From Dipteris shenzhenensis (Eukaryota), in assembly GCA_047967505.1 (NCBI GenBank), contig CM106538.1: a DNA stretch of 64,000 bases; one strand, given 5' to 3'. The position numbers were made by a program, and so were the translations under genes. The notes beneath the pieces are model-generated. The model was not told the origin of the DNA. It ran no database searches and saw only the letters and a list, made by a program, of their open reading frames with translations. Of the stretch, positions 26,562 to 38,533 are shown one piece after another. Within the stretch, counting starts at the first letter, position 1; each line of letters starts with the position of its first letter.

Positions 26562-28109
26562 TTCCCGCGGCCGCGGCCAACACACACACAACAAAGTGTT
26601 TTTGAGCAGTTGCCTAATTTTGAATTGCATGATCTCTCCTCTCGCAGCTAAACACACAAACACATCGGGTTTCTTTGTTTGGGCTCTTGCTATCTTGCAA
26701 TTACAGTGTACTTTTACAATGGTTTCAGAGAGAGTGATTGTCTTCCGAAGTTTATAAAATGATCAACTTCCACTGCTGGGTGCTAATGATTTTGCAGTTG
26801 ATATTGGTTAGTCATTAGTTGGTTAAATAATTGGATTCTTTTGTTGGGCGCTTGCTATCTAAAGAGAGTGAATGTCTTCACCTCTGTTATGAGAAAGGAG
26901 TTTATAATGATCCTCTTCCAATGGTGGGTGCTAATGATGTTGCTGGTGATATTGGCTGAAAAAGTAGGTAGTATGCTTCCCTGGTTTGAGGGTGGAATGC
27001 CATGATATTTTGCCTTTTGGTGATCGCCATTGCCTTTTGACCCTAGATACAGAGAGTAAGATGTGTGTACAATTACAGTTGCCTGGAATTGTGGATAGAT
27101 GAGGATCTACAAGGCATCATTGTTAACAGCAATTTAATGAGAGCAGTGTACATTATGGAGAACGCAGGTCTGAATCAACTGCCAATGATGAAGAGATTTG
27201 CTGTTTGCAGGTCTTGAACACGTCTCTTGTGCCTTATAATTTATGGTATGAATAAGCTGTCTTCCTGGAATCTACAGCTTACAAAGGTTATATTGTCTTC
27301 TTATTGCTTTTTGTTATTAGTGTTTTGTGTGAGAGAGAAAGAGAGAGAGAGGGAGAGGGCGAGGAGGGGGGAGAGAAGGAGAGAAGGGGGTGCTTGCATG
27401 CAGGCACATGCCTGTCGTGTGGATTATTCTGCAGGCACGGTGTGTGTGGATCACATTAGTTGAAATAAGGAGGTGTTTATATAGAAGACACGAAGGCGGT
27501 TAGAAGCTTCCGGTTGATTCGATGTATTTTGGCCGTCTCGCCTCACATTAATCATGCCATCCTCTCGAGCTAATTAATGATTTTATTTTTGGGAACGTTA
27601 GGGGTCCCTACTCATGCGCACACCACCACGTGAGCTAAAATTACTAGTTATATGCCCAAAATGAAATAAAGGAGGTGGAAATAGGGTGATATCTTAGTGA
27701 ATGTACGCAATGGTCTTTTTTTCAAGCTTGTATGCCAAAGAAATAATAAATGTAAAGAGTTCTTTTAGTAGACAAAGGCATATTAGTGTCAAAGCGATAT
27801 ATTCCTCTCGACACAAAAAATGCTCGGTAGCTAGGCTACTTTGGCTTGTTGGTCTTTGCTTCTTGTTGCTCATTAGACCATCTGTTATGCTATAGTAGGT
27901 CAAGGCTTCACCAAATTTGTCTAGTATTAATATGGTCTAGGCCATTTTTGGGCAAACGGGCTTTCCACCATTGTGCTCCTTTGTGTTGATTTTAGGCTTT
28001 TTCTTAGTTTTCGATTTGCTGCTCGATTACACTTGAAAGGTCTTCAAAGTTGATTTTGTCGTCTTGACTAGCTTCTGATTTTTCCAAAATTGCTTGATGA
28101 AAGTTGCAT

Positions 28110-28330
28110 AATCCTCTCCCTCTCAGCCTGCTCCCCCTTCCCTGCTACCCCACTCCCTCTACCCCGCTCCCTACCCCCGCTCCTTGACTCAGCCGTCCCT
28201 CTACCTCGCTCCCTACCCCCCGCCTCTACACTCTCTCCTCTACCCGCTCCCTACCCCTCGCCTCTACCCCTCGGCCTCTACCTCCCTCTCCTCTACCCCC
28301 CTCTCTCCTCTCCCGCTCAGCCTGTCCCCT
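28110..28330. repeat. C-rich low-complexity CTACCCC-type repeat
   Basis: Seen directly; accounts for the Pro-rich ORF 28090-28473. Confidence 0.75.
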
Positions 28331-29999
28331 CTTCAGATATCAAAAGTTTTCTACCAGTAAAGTACATCGTTCAATATCTCAAAGGCCCTTCTCGAACACA
28401 AGTTCTTTTAAATGAAGTTCTTCAACAACATCTTGTCAAAATGAAAGGATTTATTCAAACCATGTTTGAGTAGATTTAAAAACTAAAGAGCGTTTTCATG
28501 GTGATAGTTTTGGTCACACGAACTGTGTTTCTTGGAATCCAATCTATTCAAACCATGCTCAAGTACTGGCATTCCTCTTCTGGTATCTTTATTCGATGTC
28601 CAAACTCAAAGTGACAAATTGCCATTTTATTCGAACATCTTCAAATAAAGGCAACATTTTAGTGAACCATTTTCATTGACAAGTCAATTTTTTCAGGATT
28701 TATGAAGCTCGAGGGGTATCAACAAATTGAATCATTGGTCATGCTCAATTTTTGGCGAATCAGAATGATAGCAAGGCAATTAAGGATCGTTAAGATAACT
28801 CAAGTGATTTTATTGTAAAGGATTTCAACATCTGCATATTATGCATCTTCATCAACAAAAAAAGGACAATTGAAAGATTTTGTGGAAATTAAATCAACAA
28901 TCTTGAAGGTGACATTTCAAACGTAGAACAATGTTTGCAACAACATCAATAGGTACGAAAATCAAGCTTAATAAAGTTATCCAAAAGATTAAAATTTGCA
29001 CCAAGAAATCCTAAATCAAAAGAGGAAGATGTCATCCAAAAAAAGACAATTATGTCAACATCTTTGGTTCTTGCACACATGTGACAAAATCAATCATCAA
29101 TAGGTGAAAGCATCAAAATCAATCATCAATAGGTGAAAGCATCAATGAAAGTTAGCACAAGTCCATGCAATTTGGAAAAAAGGAAGTTTTGGCAAATATC
29201 TGGAAAGTGAATTCTTCAACATTATTCATTTTTATCCAATCAATCAAAGTTTCCAGTATATTTGAAAGTAAGCCTTCTAGCATAGAAGTAAGCATTTTAA
29301 GTGATTCCAAAGGGTATGCCTTAATTAGTGTGAGCATTAATATAGACATGGGTATTCATTCAAAGAAGAGTTTGGGTAAGCCTATTTCAGAGAGCACCAC
29401 AAGTATCAAGTTGGGTGAGCCTCCAATTGGGAGAACCACTATTAGTTGAAGTAAACCTCTATATGGGAGCACCTCTAATAAAACTATGGGTAGTCCTCTA
29501 GGAGTGAGCACCAAAAACATCATAAGAATTCAATAAGAAGCACCATTGTGGTGTACAAGCCTCTTATAGAGAATATTGCAATGAATAGTTGAGAAACATG
29601 GATAGGTGATACTCCATCTAAAAGGCTAGGTACATATGAAATCTAGTTCCAACATGTTAGGATCACAAAAAATGTAGAGGTCTTCACGTTTGAAACCCAC
29701 CTAGCTTGTGGATTCCTAAACCATGAAGTGTCTTTTCTTTCTCTTTTGGCTTCCCTCTATAATCATGCCCCATGCCTAGTGTCACTTATGGAACTTCTAG
29801 TGGATGCGAGATGTCCACATGCGAGAGTCTTTCTCTCTTTGACCTCAACAATTGCATCCCTTCATTAATGCCTAGGCCTAGATTTTACGCTAAGACCTAG
29901 CCCTTTTCATTTGATGGTAGACCATCCTTTATTGCTCCACCTCTTAGACACTATCAGGCCCTCTTGGCTTTCTATCTTTCCATAACCAAGCCATAGGAT

Positions 30000-31850
30000 T
30001 CCAACATTATGGTTGACATAACATTACCTTCCCCTTACAAATGCTTACATCCTTGAAAATAAAATTGGGATACCTCCTCTAAAGCCTTTCTTACCCTTTC
30101 CCATGTTGAAATCTCCTCAAGTCTATCCTTCCACTTCACTAGATATTCTTTGATATATATTGTATGTATTGTTCTTTTTTCTCCCCTATCTAAACTTTTC
30201 TTGGCTCATGTGGTAAAGATGGAGGCTTGATGAGTTCAACTAGAACTTCATTTCTAATGAGATTATTTTCATTGCCTAAATTCCTTTGACTCTTCTTATG
30301 ATAGATGTACTCTACATACTTATGGTAAAACTAATTTGAAAATAAGCTTTCCAATCTTAAGTATTAGGAGTGGTCCATAAAAACCTAGGAGAACTTTGGG
30401 CATTTAGTATTTCTAAAGATTCTAGAACTTTGAAGATAGACTTTATCCTTTTCTTCAAATTCTAAATTTATATGGTAGCATCTTTATCTATTTTTTGAGA
30501 CTTAGTAATGCTATCCTTGGCTAACTTAAGAATTTGTTTTACTTGAACCTTTTTTTTTCAAAAACCACTGCAATTGAGGCTCTATGTTGAAATCCACACA
30601 TCATTATGAATGGATTGAAACCTATTGTTAAATGTTTGGCATTATTATATGCAAATTCTAATATGGGTAAATACCATTCCGAATTCATTTGCCTTTACAC
30701 ATATATGCCCCAAGCATATCCTCAATGACTTGATTGAACCTTTTAGTTTGATCACCACACTATAGAGGGTCCATTTCTCATATTAAAGGTAGTTTCTAAT
30801 CTCCTAAAAATAGCCCTCCAAAAATGAATGTTAAATTTTCTATTTGGTCACTAACACTACTAGGCTAGTAGCCCATACAATCTCTATAAATATGTTCCAC
30901 AAATAGATTTGCTAATTCAAGAGTTTTAGCCTCTTCATTGATTAGGATAAATTGAGCCATCTTGGTCAATGGATCCACGACTATGCACACAGAGTCATGC
31001 CCTCTCTATGTTCTAGATAATCCAACCCTAAAGTCCCAGGAGATACTTTCTAAATTGTAAGACAGAATTTCCAAAGGATGTAGCAGATTGCCTACCTTAA
31101 GACGTTTAGCTTTATTGATCTAACATTTTTGGCACTTCAATACATAATCTTGGATGTCCTTATTTATTCCAGTCCAAAATAATTATATTTTCAGAAGTGC
31201 ATGTCTTGTGTATTCCTAGATACCCTACACTAGGACTATCATGAAACACAAGACTTTGGAGCCTAATATCATCATTATTTGGGACATGTACTCTACCTCT
31301 ATAGAGTACCCATTATCAATATTATATATCTTCCACTTGAGCCCTTTATTACCAACTTGTGGTGTGCCACCATTACCATGTGACTCCTCAATCAAAGCTC
31401 CTTAACTCTTTGGTTCCATCTTCTATATTGTAGAAAACTAAGTACCATGCTCACATTTTCCTTTCAGGGACTCTAGGAAATTATTTTGGAATTGAGTAGA
31501 ACTTGGAGTTTGGCTTAGGGAATCTGCTATCACTTTAAATTTCCCCTTCTGATATGTCAATTGAACATAAATTTCTGCATTAATTAAACGAATATGGCTT
31601 TTCTTCCTTTATTCTCTAGTAGTGCTGATTGCAAATCCATTGATACTTTCTTGATAAATCTGATCTCAAACTTAGCACCATAGAAATCCTATCCATTTCT
31701 TTGATGCATAAATCATAGCATACAACTCTGTCTCACATGTTGAGTAAGTCCATTGAGCATGGTCTAACTTCTTCCTTTGAAAATCAACAGTCGACCCCTT
31801 TATAGAAGTACTATGCTTACAACAAAATCACTAGCATCTATAGAGCATGA
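30000..31850 (-). mobile_element. Ty3/gypsy RNase H-integrase remnant
   Basis: Minus-strand fragments IDASDFVV, KKLDHAQWTYSTCETELYAMI, IVVDPLTKMAQFI and QTKRFNQVIEDML. Similar to the element at 592-1130. Confidence 0.7.
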
Positions 31851-32599
31851 GTCAATGATGATTTTTAAACTCCTTCATTGAGTAGAAGAAACACCCAATA
31901 CTAGATAGCATGCATTGTTGGTCCTACAAGCAAAAAAGGACATCAAATTCATGAGGATGCATATTGAAGTAGAGATAGAGCAAATATACCTTGGAATGGA
32001 AATTTTATGGATTAAACTAAGGAGAAAGTGAATGGTTTGACTAAAGATCAAAGCAAGCAAACCAAGCTGCTATGACTGAATAGTGATTGGGTAAAGGCCA
32101 AGGGGAAGTGGAAAGTAGCTCTTACCTCGCTATCAACATCATGTACTAGATTCCTAGTCCATCATAGATGGCACTAAACAAAGAAGATGGTCTCTGAGGA
32201 AGTGACATGATGGTGAACATAGGATCCACAAGTGTGAAAGGTGTCAAAAGTTTTGATATGATGTAATTGCACCTACCTCCTTTTGAGGTAAGTGTGAATG
32301 ATTGTATTGTATATGCAAAGGGTAGTACCCACAGTGAATGTGAGACTTATACAGATGCAAAGGGTAGTACCCACTATGAATGTTAGACATGTATGTAAAT
32401 GCAAAGGGTAGTACCCACTATGAATGCCATACATGTATATAAACTCCTAGATTCGTAGGATTTTGGTTCATTATTTTGCTATCAAGGCAACTTGTGTGTG
32501 TAGAGTGTATGATTTTCAATTCTAGTTTATTTATATAAGAAAGTAAAATTTTCTTTTTGTGTATATATCTCTCTTTCTCTCATTTTGCAATACATGGCC

Positions 32600-33130
32600 T
32601 TGCATACCTAGAAGGGAGTGAAGCACCACTATGTAGTACCAGCATTTGGACACAACAATTGATCCAAACATTACCAAGCAAGTATGATTATTTTATGGGT
32701 TTCTTTAGATTCTGCAAATGCTTCATCAACAAGCTCATGGGAGTACTTGAAGCAATTTATCAGCTAACTAAATTAGATATGACATTTGAATAGAGCAAAG
32801 CTAGAAGCAAAGAATTTCAGGTCTTGTAGGTGATGGTAATAAATGCACTAATCCTTAGAAATGCTAATTGGAATTTCCCTTCCCATGTGCATGCGAATGC
32901 ATCTAAGTCCAAAATTTGGATCGATCTTCACATGTCTGAAGGGAAGTTGGATTTCTTAATCTACTATGCAAGCCAACTCAGTGGAGATGAACTATGAAAC
33001 AATCAAATGAGAAGCCCTAGGAATAGTGTACAATGTCCAAACTTTTTTGCACTCTCTTAGGCAACCCATTTATCTTCTATGTGGATCAGCAGCACCATGC
33101 ATTACTCTACCTAATAAAAATTTTTTATCA
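32600..33130 (+). mobile_element. Ty3/gypsy RT/RNase H remnant
   Basis: Fragments FMGFFRFCKCFINKL, HVHANAS, YYASQLS, EALGIVYNVQ and FIFYVDQQ. Confidence 0.65.
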
Positions 33131-33149
33131 TGAAGTTTGATGAAGGATC

Positions 33150-34382
33150 TAAATCTCTATAAGCCTAACATGATTTCTATTAACTTGTGGTCTGCCTCTC
33201 TCCAATCAATTGTGCCTCTCCTTCCAATACATTGAACTCTACGAAACAATTGTGGTCTACCTCCCTCGAATCAATCGTGCCTCTAGGCCCTTCCAATACA
33301 TTGAACTCTACGAAATATCTACCATGACTTCGTACACCCTACAGAGCAGCCCTTTGCTCGTTGCCATCCATCCAACACCATTGTGTGTGAGAGAGCTCTG
33401 TACTCTTGAGTCTTGGCTCTAAATTATTCTTTGCTCATGAGCAACATCCCATCTATGACAATATTCTACAACCTCTGGGCTCCTACCACAGTGTGCAAAG
33501 GAACATCCGGATAAGGTTTTGCATTGCTAATGAAGCTATCGTGATAGAGGAGTTTGAAAAACACTGATTGTAGTTGGCTCATCCAAGGATTACGTATTCA
33601 TGCACCCATAGAAACCACAATGATTCACTATATGATCATACCCACTTTGTACATCTCTAGTAAGAAACACCTCTAAGAGTCTGAGCAGGAGCTTATCCAT
33701 AGAGCTTCAATGAGGATGGTGTTTGAACATTGAATGAAAGTAGTCTGCTTTATAAAATAAATTCTCATATAGCTTCATTTGGGAACATGAAAGGATGATC
33801 GGGCCACATTGAACTCATCGTCAAGGCCTTCATGAATTTGAAACCTCCTTTAAATTTGCTACAGTTGGGTCTGCATCCGTGTTTGTGATTTTCTTGTTAT
33901 TGTAGTTGACTTATGATTGCTCTCAGAGGTGGCTAGATGGGTATATGCTTCTTTTAATTTTCTCTGACATCTTAGCATGGGCGGTGTCCTTTATGACAGT
34001 CTCACAGTAATTTTCAAAGATGTTGCAGCATAAATACTAGAACATCATGGCCAGCATGCCAAGAGTTTGTTGTACAGACCTCAAGAGTCAAAATTTTTAG
34101 TAGTGCTAAAGGAGTCTGCATTAGTAAACAACCATTATCTTTGTTCTAGCTTTCTTATAGTATGGAATTTATCATTATTGCATGCCTGGAATACATCTCT
34201 GCACCTCTGCGAATAGTTTGCAACAAAGGGGAGCTTATCAATTTTGCTTTAAGTGCCATGTCTTAGTTGGTAGAGGCAAAAAAAGGACCTATTCATGCTT
34301 GAGATTGCATATGTCTAGCAAAGCAACACTCAGAGGATAGGTAGGCTATTGTCAAGAGCATTTGCATGACTTGCCAGCACTC
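33150..34382. repeat. Dispersed ~1.1-1.2 kb segment, copy A
   Basis: Colinear with 45705-46792, sharing e.g. TTCCAATACATTGAACTCTA, ACCTCTAAGAGTCTGAGCA and GCAAAGCAACACTC. Confidence 0.85.
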
Positions 34383-35299
34383 CTGGGTCCCTATTCTCAA
34401 ATGGAGGACTTGAAGCTTGGAGTGGATCTCTACACAAGTAGAGAGTCAAAGAAATAATTTGGCAAAATTGATATAAAAGGCATGACAAAGATTTCTTTAA
34501 ACTTACATATATGCATTCTATCCTACATCCTTGTCATTACTTAACTTCCTTTAAATAGGTTTCAAGTTGGTAACTATTGGAAGAGGATGAATAATTACTC
34601 ATGCTAATGAGTGACCATGATTAATTTAAAAAAATATGACAACATGGTAATTTATAGTTATTTTTAAATAATAACAGGCACGTATGGTATGGTTTCATGA
34701 AATTATTATACTAGATTTCGCTGATTTGAGAAAAGATTAAGAGAAGAGAAACCATGTGAATACATAATGACTTCTATGCTAAGCAAGAGGGGGACACATG
34801 AATTTTAGCTAGGAAGTAACTACTACCAACTTTGATGATTTCTAACACAGATTGCTTTAGCACTACTACAACTCTTGACTCTTGAGGTCTACAAACTCTT
34901 GGCATGCAGGGATTGTTAATGAGACCACTATAATAGCTCTTCAACTCACAAACCTAATAAGAGCATCACAAATGAATCCATAATCTGCATATTTCATCAA
35001 CCTCTCAATCATTTGTAACATCCCACGCTCTCTAGACTACGTTGTGCTGGAAACATAATGTTCAAAAACATAATATAGGCAATTATTCACGTTGATTTCC
35101 CATAAATACAAGCATACATAGAATCTGACAAGAGGACCAGTATATGTTAGGGAGCGCTTCTCCCACAGGTCCAATCTTTGTTGTAAGATAGGAGCAGCTT
35201 ACCAACTCAAAACCAATTGCCTATTGTATTCACTAATTTAAACATTTTTTTCTACAATATAAGCCCCATATTTCTCTAAATACTTTGTGAGATGAATTT

Positions 35300-36460
35300 C
35301 ATGTTTTCAACAAAAAAGGGATCTCCCAAATTCGAGTTATAGATCTAAAGTTATTGTAAAAATAGTGTCTGCTACTTTTTTTTGGGGAGGTGCAACAATG
35401 GTTTTTATCTGCATGCACTTACCCCACCCCTTCACTGGCTTATGTACCATTAGTTCCATAATCAACAACCACTTTCTATCATCATGCAAATAAGCATCTA
35501 GTCCTAGCATGCAAAACATGACCTAAGATGTACAATAATATTAGTTTTGCCTAGTTCCTACCACTAGCAATTCAAAATTGGGCTCCTTGCCCATCCCTCA
35601 GCTATAGGCATTCATGTCCAATAGTATCCTTTTGATTTGCCTTGTTTTACTTCTATATCAAAAGGAAATATACCCTTCCTTTTGTACTAGTTGCATTGCC
35701 TCGACCCATTTACATCCAAGCATATTTGAGTCTCTTGTCCCTGGGTCTTCAAAGTCTGCAACCCATGTTTTAATCTCTCCAATATGCCTGTCATCTTCAA
35801 ATCCAACTCTCCAATAGATTCCTCAAAGCCCCAATCAAGAACCTCTTGGTTATAAGTGGTGTGTGCATACACGCCTCTATTTGGGAACTTTGCATAAGAT
35901 GCATCATCCATTGAGTCATGTGGCATCATCTAAGATTTTGTAATTGCACATGATCTAGAAAGATATCTTTCTGTCAAAGGCATCCAACCCATAAGATTGC
36001 TCTTGCAGTACATCCATAGTATCAAGAATCTTCAACCCTTTGGTCCTGCATGGAAGTTGCTACAACAGGCTCTCTGGCAAAGACATTAACATTGGATAGT
36101 AATGAGAAGGTTTCACTGCCTCCCTATTCTTCATTATCATCCTTATTGTCCTCACATCTTGTTTGCAGTGACACTATCTTTTCATCAATATGGGATTGAT
36201 ATGGCTCATGCCCATCCTGTTTGTTAGACTTCAATATCTATGGAAATTCTTTCTTGTTAATCCTCTGTAACTGTCTCTACCTCATGGACTAGCTACATGA
36301 ATGCATCCCAAGCATGTACCTCTCCATTATGTTAAGCATCTATCACATTCAAATGATCTTCTTTCATCTTCATTGTCCTCACATCTTGTTTGCACTGGAA
36401 CTATCTTTTCATCAATATGGGATTGATACGGCCACCCTGTTTGTTAGACTTCAATATCTA
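35300..36460 (-). mobile_element. Possible L1-like LINE ORF2 C-terminal remnant
   Basis: The minus strand near 36020-36060 reads LPCRTKGLKILD, like the LP...GGLGI.D motif downstream of plant L1 RT. There is an internal ~95-bp duplication (about 36143 and 36371). Confidence 0.35.
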
Positions 36461-37135
36461 TGGGGGTGTAGTAGGGGTGTCTACATCAATGATGCTAAGA
36501 GATTATTCAAAAGCAACCCCTATGAAGGAACATCAAGTACTAAACCAAGACAAGGTGGAGGGCACGAGGAATAAAGGACACACTATGAAACAAAAATCAA
36601 AGCTACACAAGAATCCGAGGTGTGAATGGAGCAACAACAAAACAAATCAAGGAGCTCCAAGAGCAGGAAATACGTGAAATGTTCTCCAAGGAGGAGCCCA
36701 CCAAATTAGATCTAGAGCTCCATTTGAATTAAAGTGGCACGTGGCATCAATGAATTGATCTTGGCACCGAAGATTGTGAATAAGAAATACTACAAGATGC
36801 ATTGAGTGTTAGAGGTGGAGGCCACAAAAATCTTCAACTCTTGTGCAAAACATTGAGTTATTGGTGGTAGGATGGACTAGAAACACTCACCAATTGATAC
36901 CAGAAGCAATAAAGGGAGATCCAAGTTATAAGGGCAAGGCTTGAGAAAGAGTTGGGACAAATATTGAACCCTTAAATTGATATATCAAGGACTTAAGGCA
37001 AGAAATGAACACCCTAGATAAGTGAAGAAAATAGTTGACCAAAGAGAATACGAGCAGAGGGTAGCGCAAAGTGGAAAGCAATTGCGTCCGATTGACCAAC
37101 TTACTATAGCAAAGGCCCATTGCCCAAAACAAGTG

Positions 37136-37297
37136 GGTGTGTGCATGTGCATCCATAAGTGCAGATGTGCACACGTGTGTGTGTTTGTGTGTGCACATAC
37201 GTACATCATGTGTGTGTGTGTGTGTGTATGTGTGTGTGCGTACGCGTGTGCACACATGTGCATGTGCAAATACATATACATATGCATACACGTACAC

Positions 37298-37380
<83 letters not shown>

Positions 37381-37405
37381 TATGCATATGCATATGCATA
37401 TGCTT
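37136..37405. repeat. Compound microsatellite (TG)n / (CATACA)n / (CATATG)n
   Basis: Seen directly. Confidence 0.95.
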
Positions 37406-38362
37406 ATGAAGTAAAGAGGCACGCAACACCAATGAAATGACATTGAAGTGAAGATTGGACAAGTACTCGGTGAGTCAAGCTGACTCCCAAACTTCCACCA
37501 CCCTCCCCTATGAGGTTAATAGGGAGTTTGAAATCATAATGGATTCTAGAGGTACCTGGGTTATTAATAGAAAACAAGAGCTTGTCTCCTCTGAATTTTC
37601 AAGAGGATGGTGATGGATTTTCGCAAGTAGCCACACAGAAAAAAAAGGGTTATATTCTTAATACATTAAAAGTGGAGTTCCTGTTTCATCCAAGGAGTTC
37701 AAGTTCGACAATTGCTAGATGTTGAACAAAATGGCCCAAGTGCTGAAGTTGCAGAAAGATCAAATCCATATGGGAAGGCAAAGGCCAGGAAGATTGGAAA
37801 ATTGTTAAAAAAGAATTAAAGGACCCTCAAAAATCTGATCAATAGAAGAAGGGAGAGGCCGACAGTAGCAGCAGCGAGGAAGAGTAAAGTGGGCCAATCC
37901 CACTTGGGCTTCAACAGCACGGCCCACTTCAAAATTATTTTGGGTAAGTACCTCTTCTTTCACTCTTTTAGTATGTAATTTTGGGTAGCATGTCAATCAC
38001 TAAAGCTAATGTGTATGGGCCAAGAATGCACGGATGAGGAGTACATGTATGCATACAACAACAATATGAAAGCTCTAATGAACCTACTCGCAAAGAGAGG
38101 AGAATTTGTACCCTTCCTCAATGTAAGCCCTTACTACATTCAATTTTTTTCAAATGCTTTCAAAGATATATATACTAACCATGCAACTTGTGTGACCGTG
38201 GTTTGTTGAACAGAAGGATAGAGATGACTACTTAAATGAAGCTCGCCAAGAGAATGTTGTAGCACATGGACAGGGTGCTAGTGGGGTGACAATAGTGGAG
38301 AGGACGAGGATGGGAGCAGCGAAGAGTACCACTAGATTCTACCCATCTGCTTGTTGATGATG

Positions 38363-38533
38363 TGTGGGGGTTAAAGGTCACTGTGCCTTTACCCCAGTTA
38401 TGTACAATACTCAAACACATATATAAATGAATGAAAAAGAAGATTAGGGTGGTTCTGCACCCACCAAAACTTGTGTGGCTCTCTGTTTCTCTCGCTCCCT
38501 CTTTCGTTCTTGCTTTCGTTGAGAGCACTCTCA
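38363..38533 (+). repeat. 5' LTR of copia copy 2
   Basis: 171 bp, TG...CA, with 7 substitutions relative to the 3' LTR by manual comparison. Confidence 0.95.

Noticed and set aside
36926-37462. His/Cys/Tyr-repeat ORFs
   Set aside because: They are translations of microsatellites. The same applies to 1262-1537, 3703-4035 and 43867-44419.
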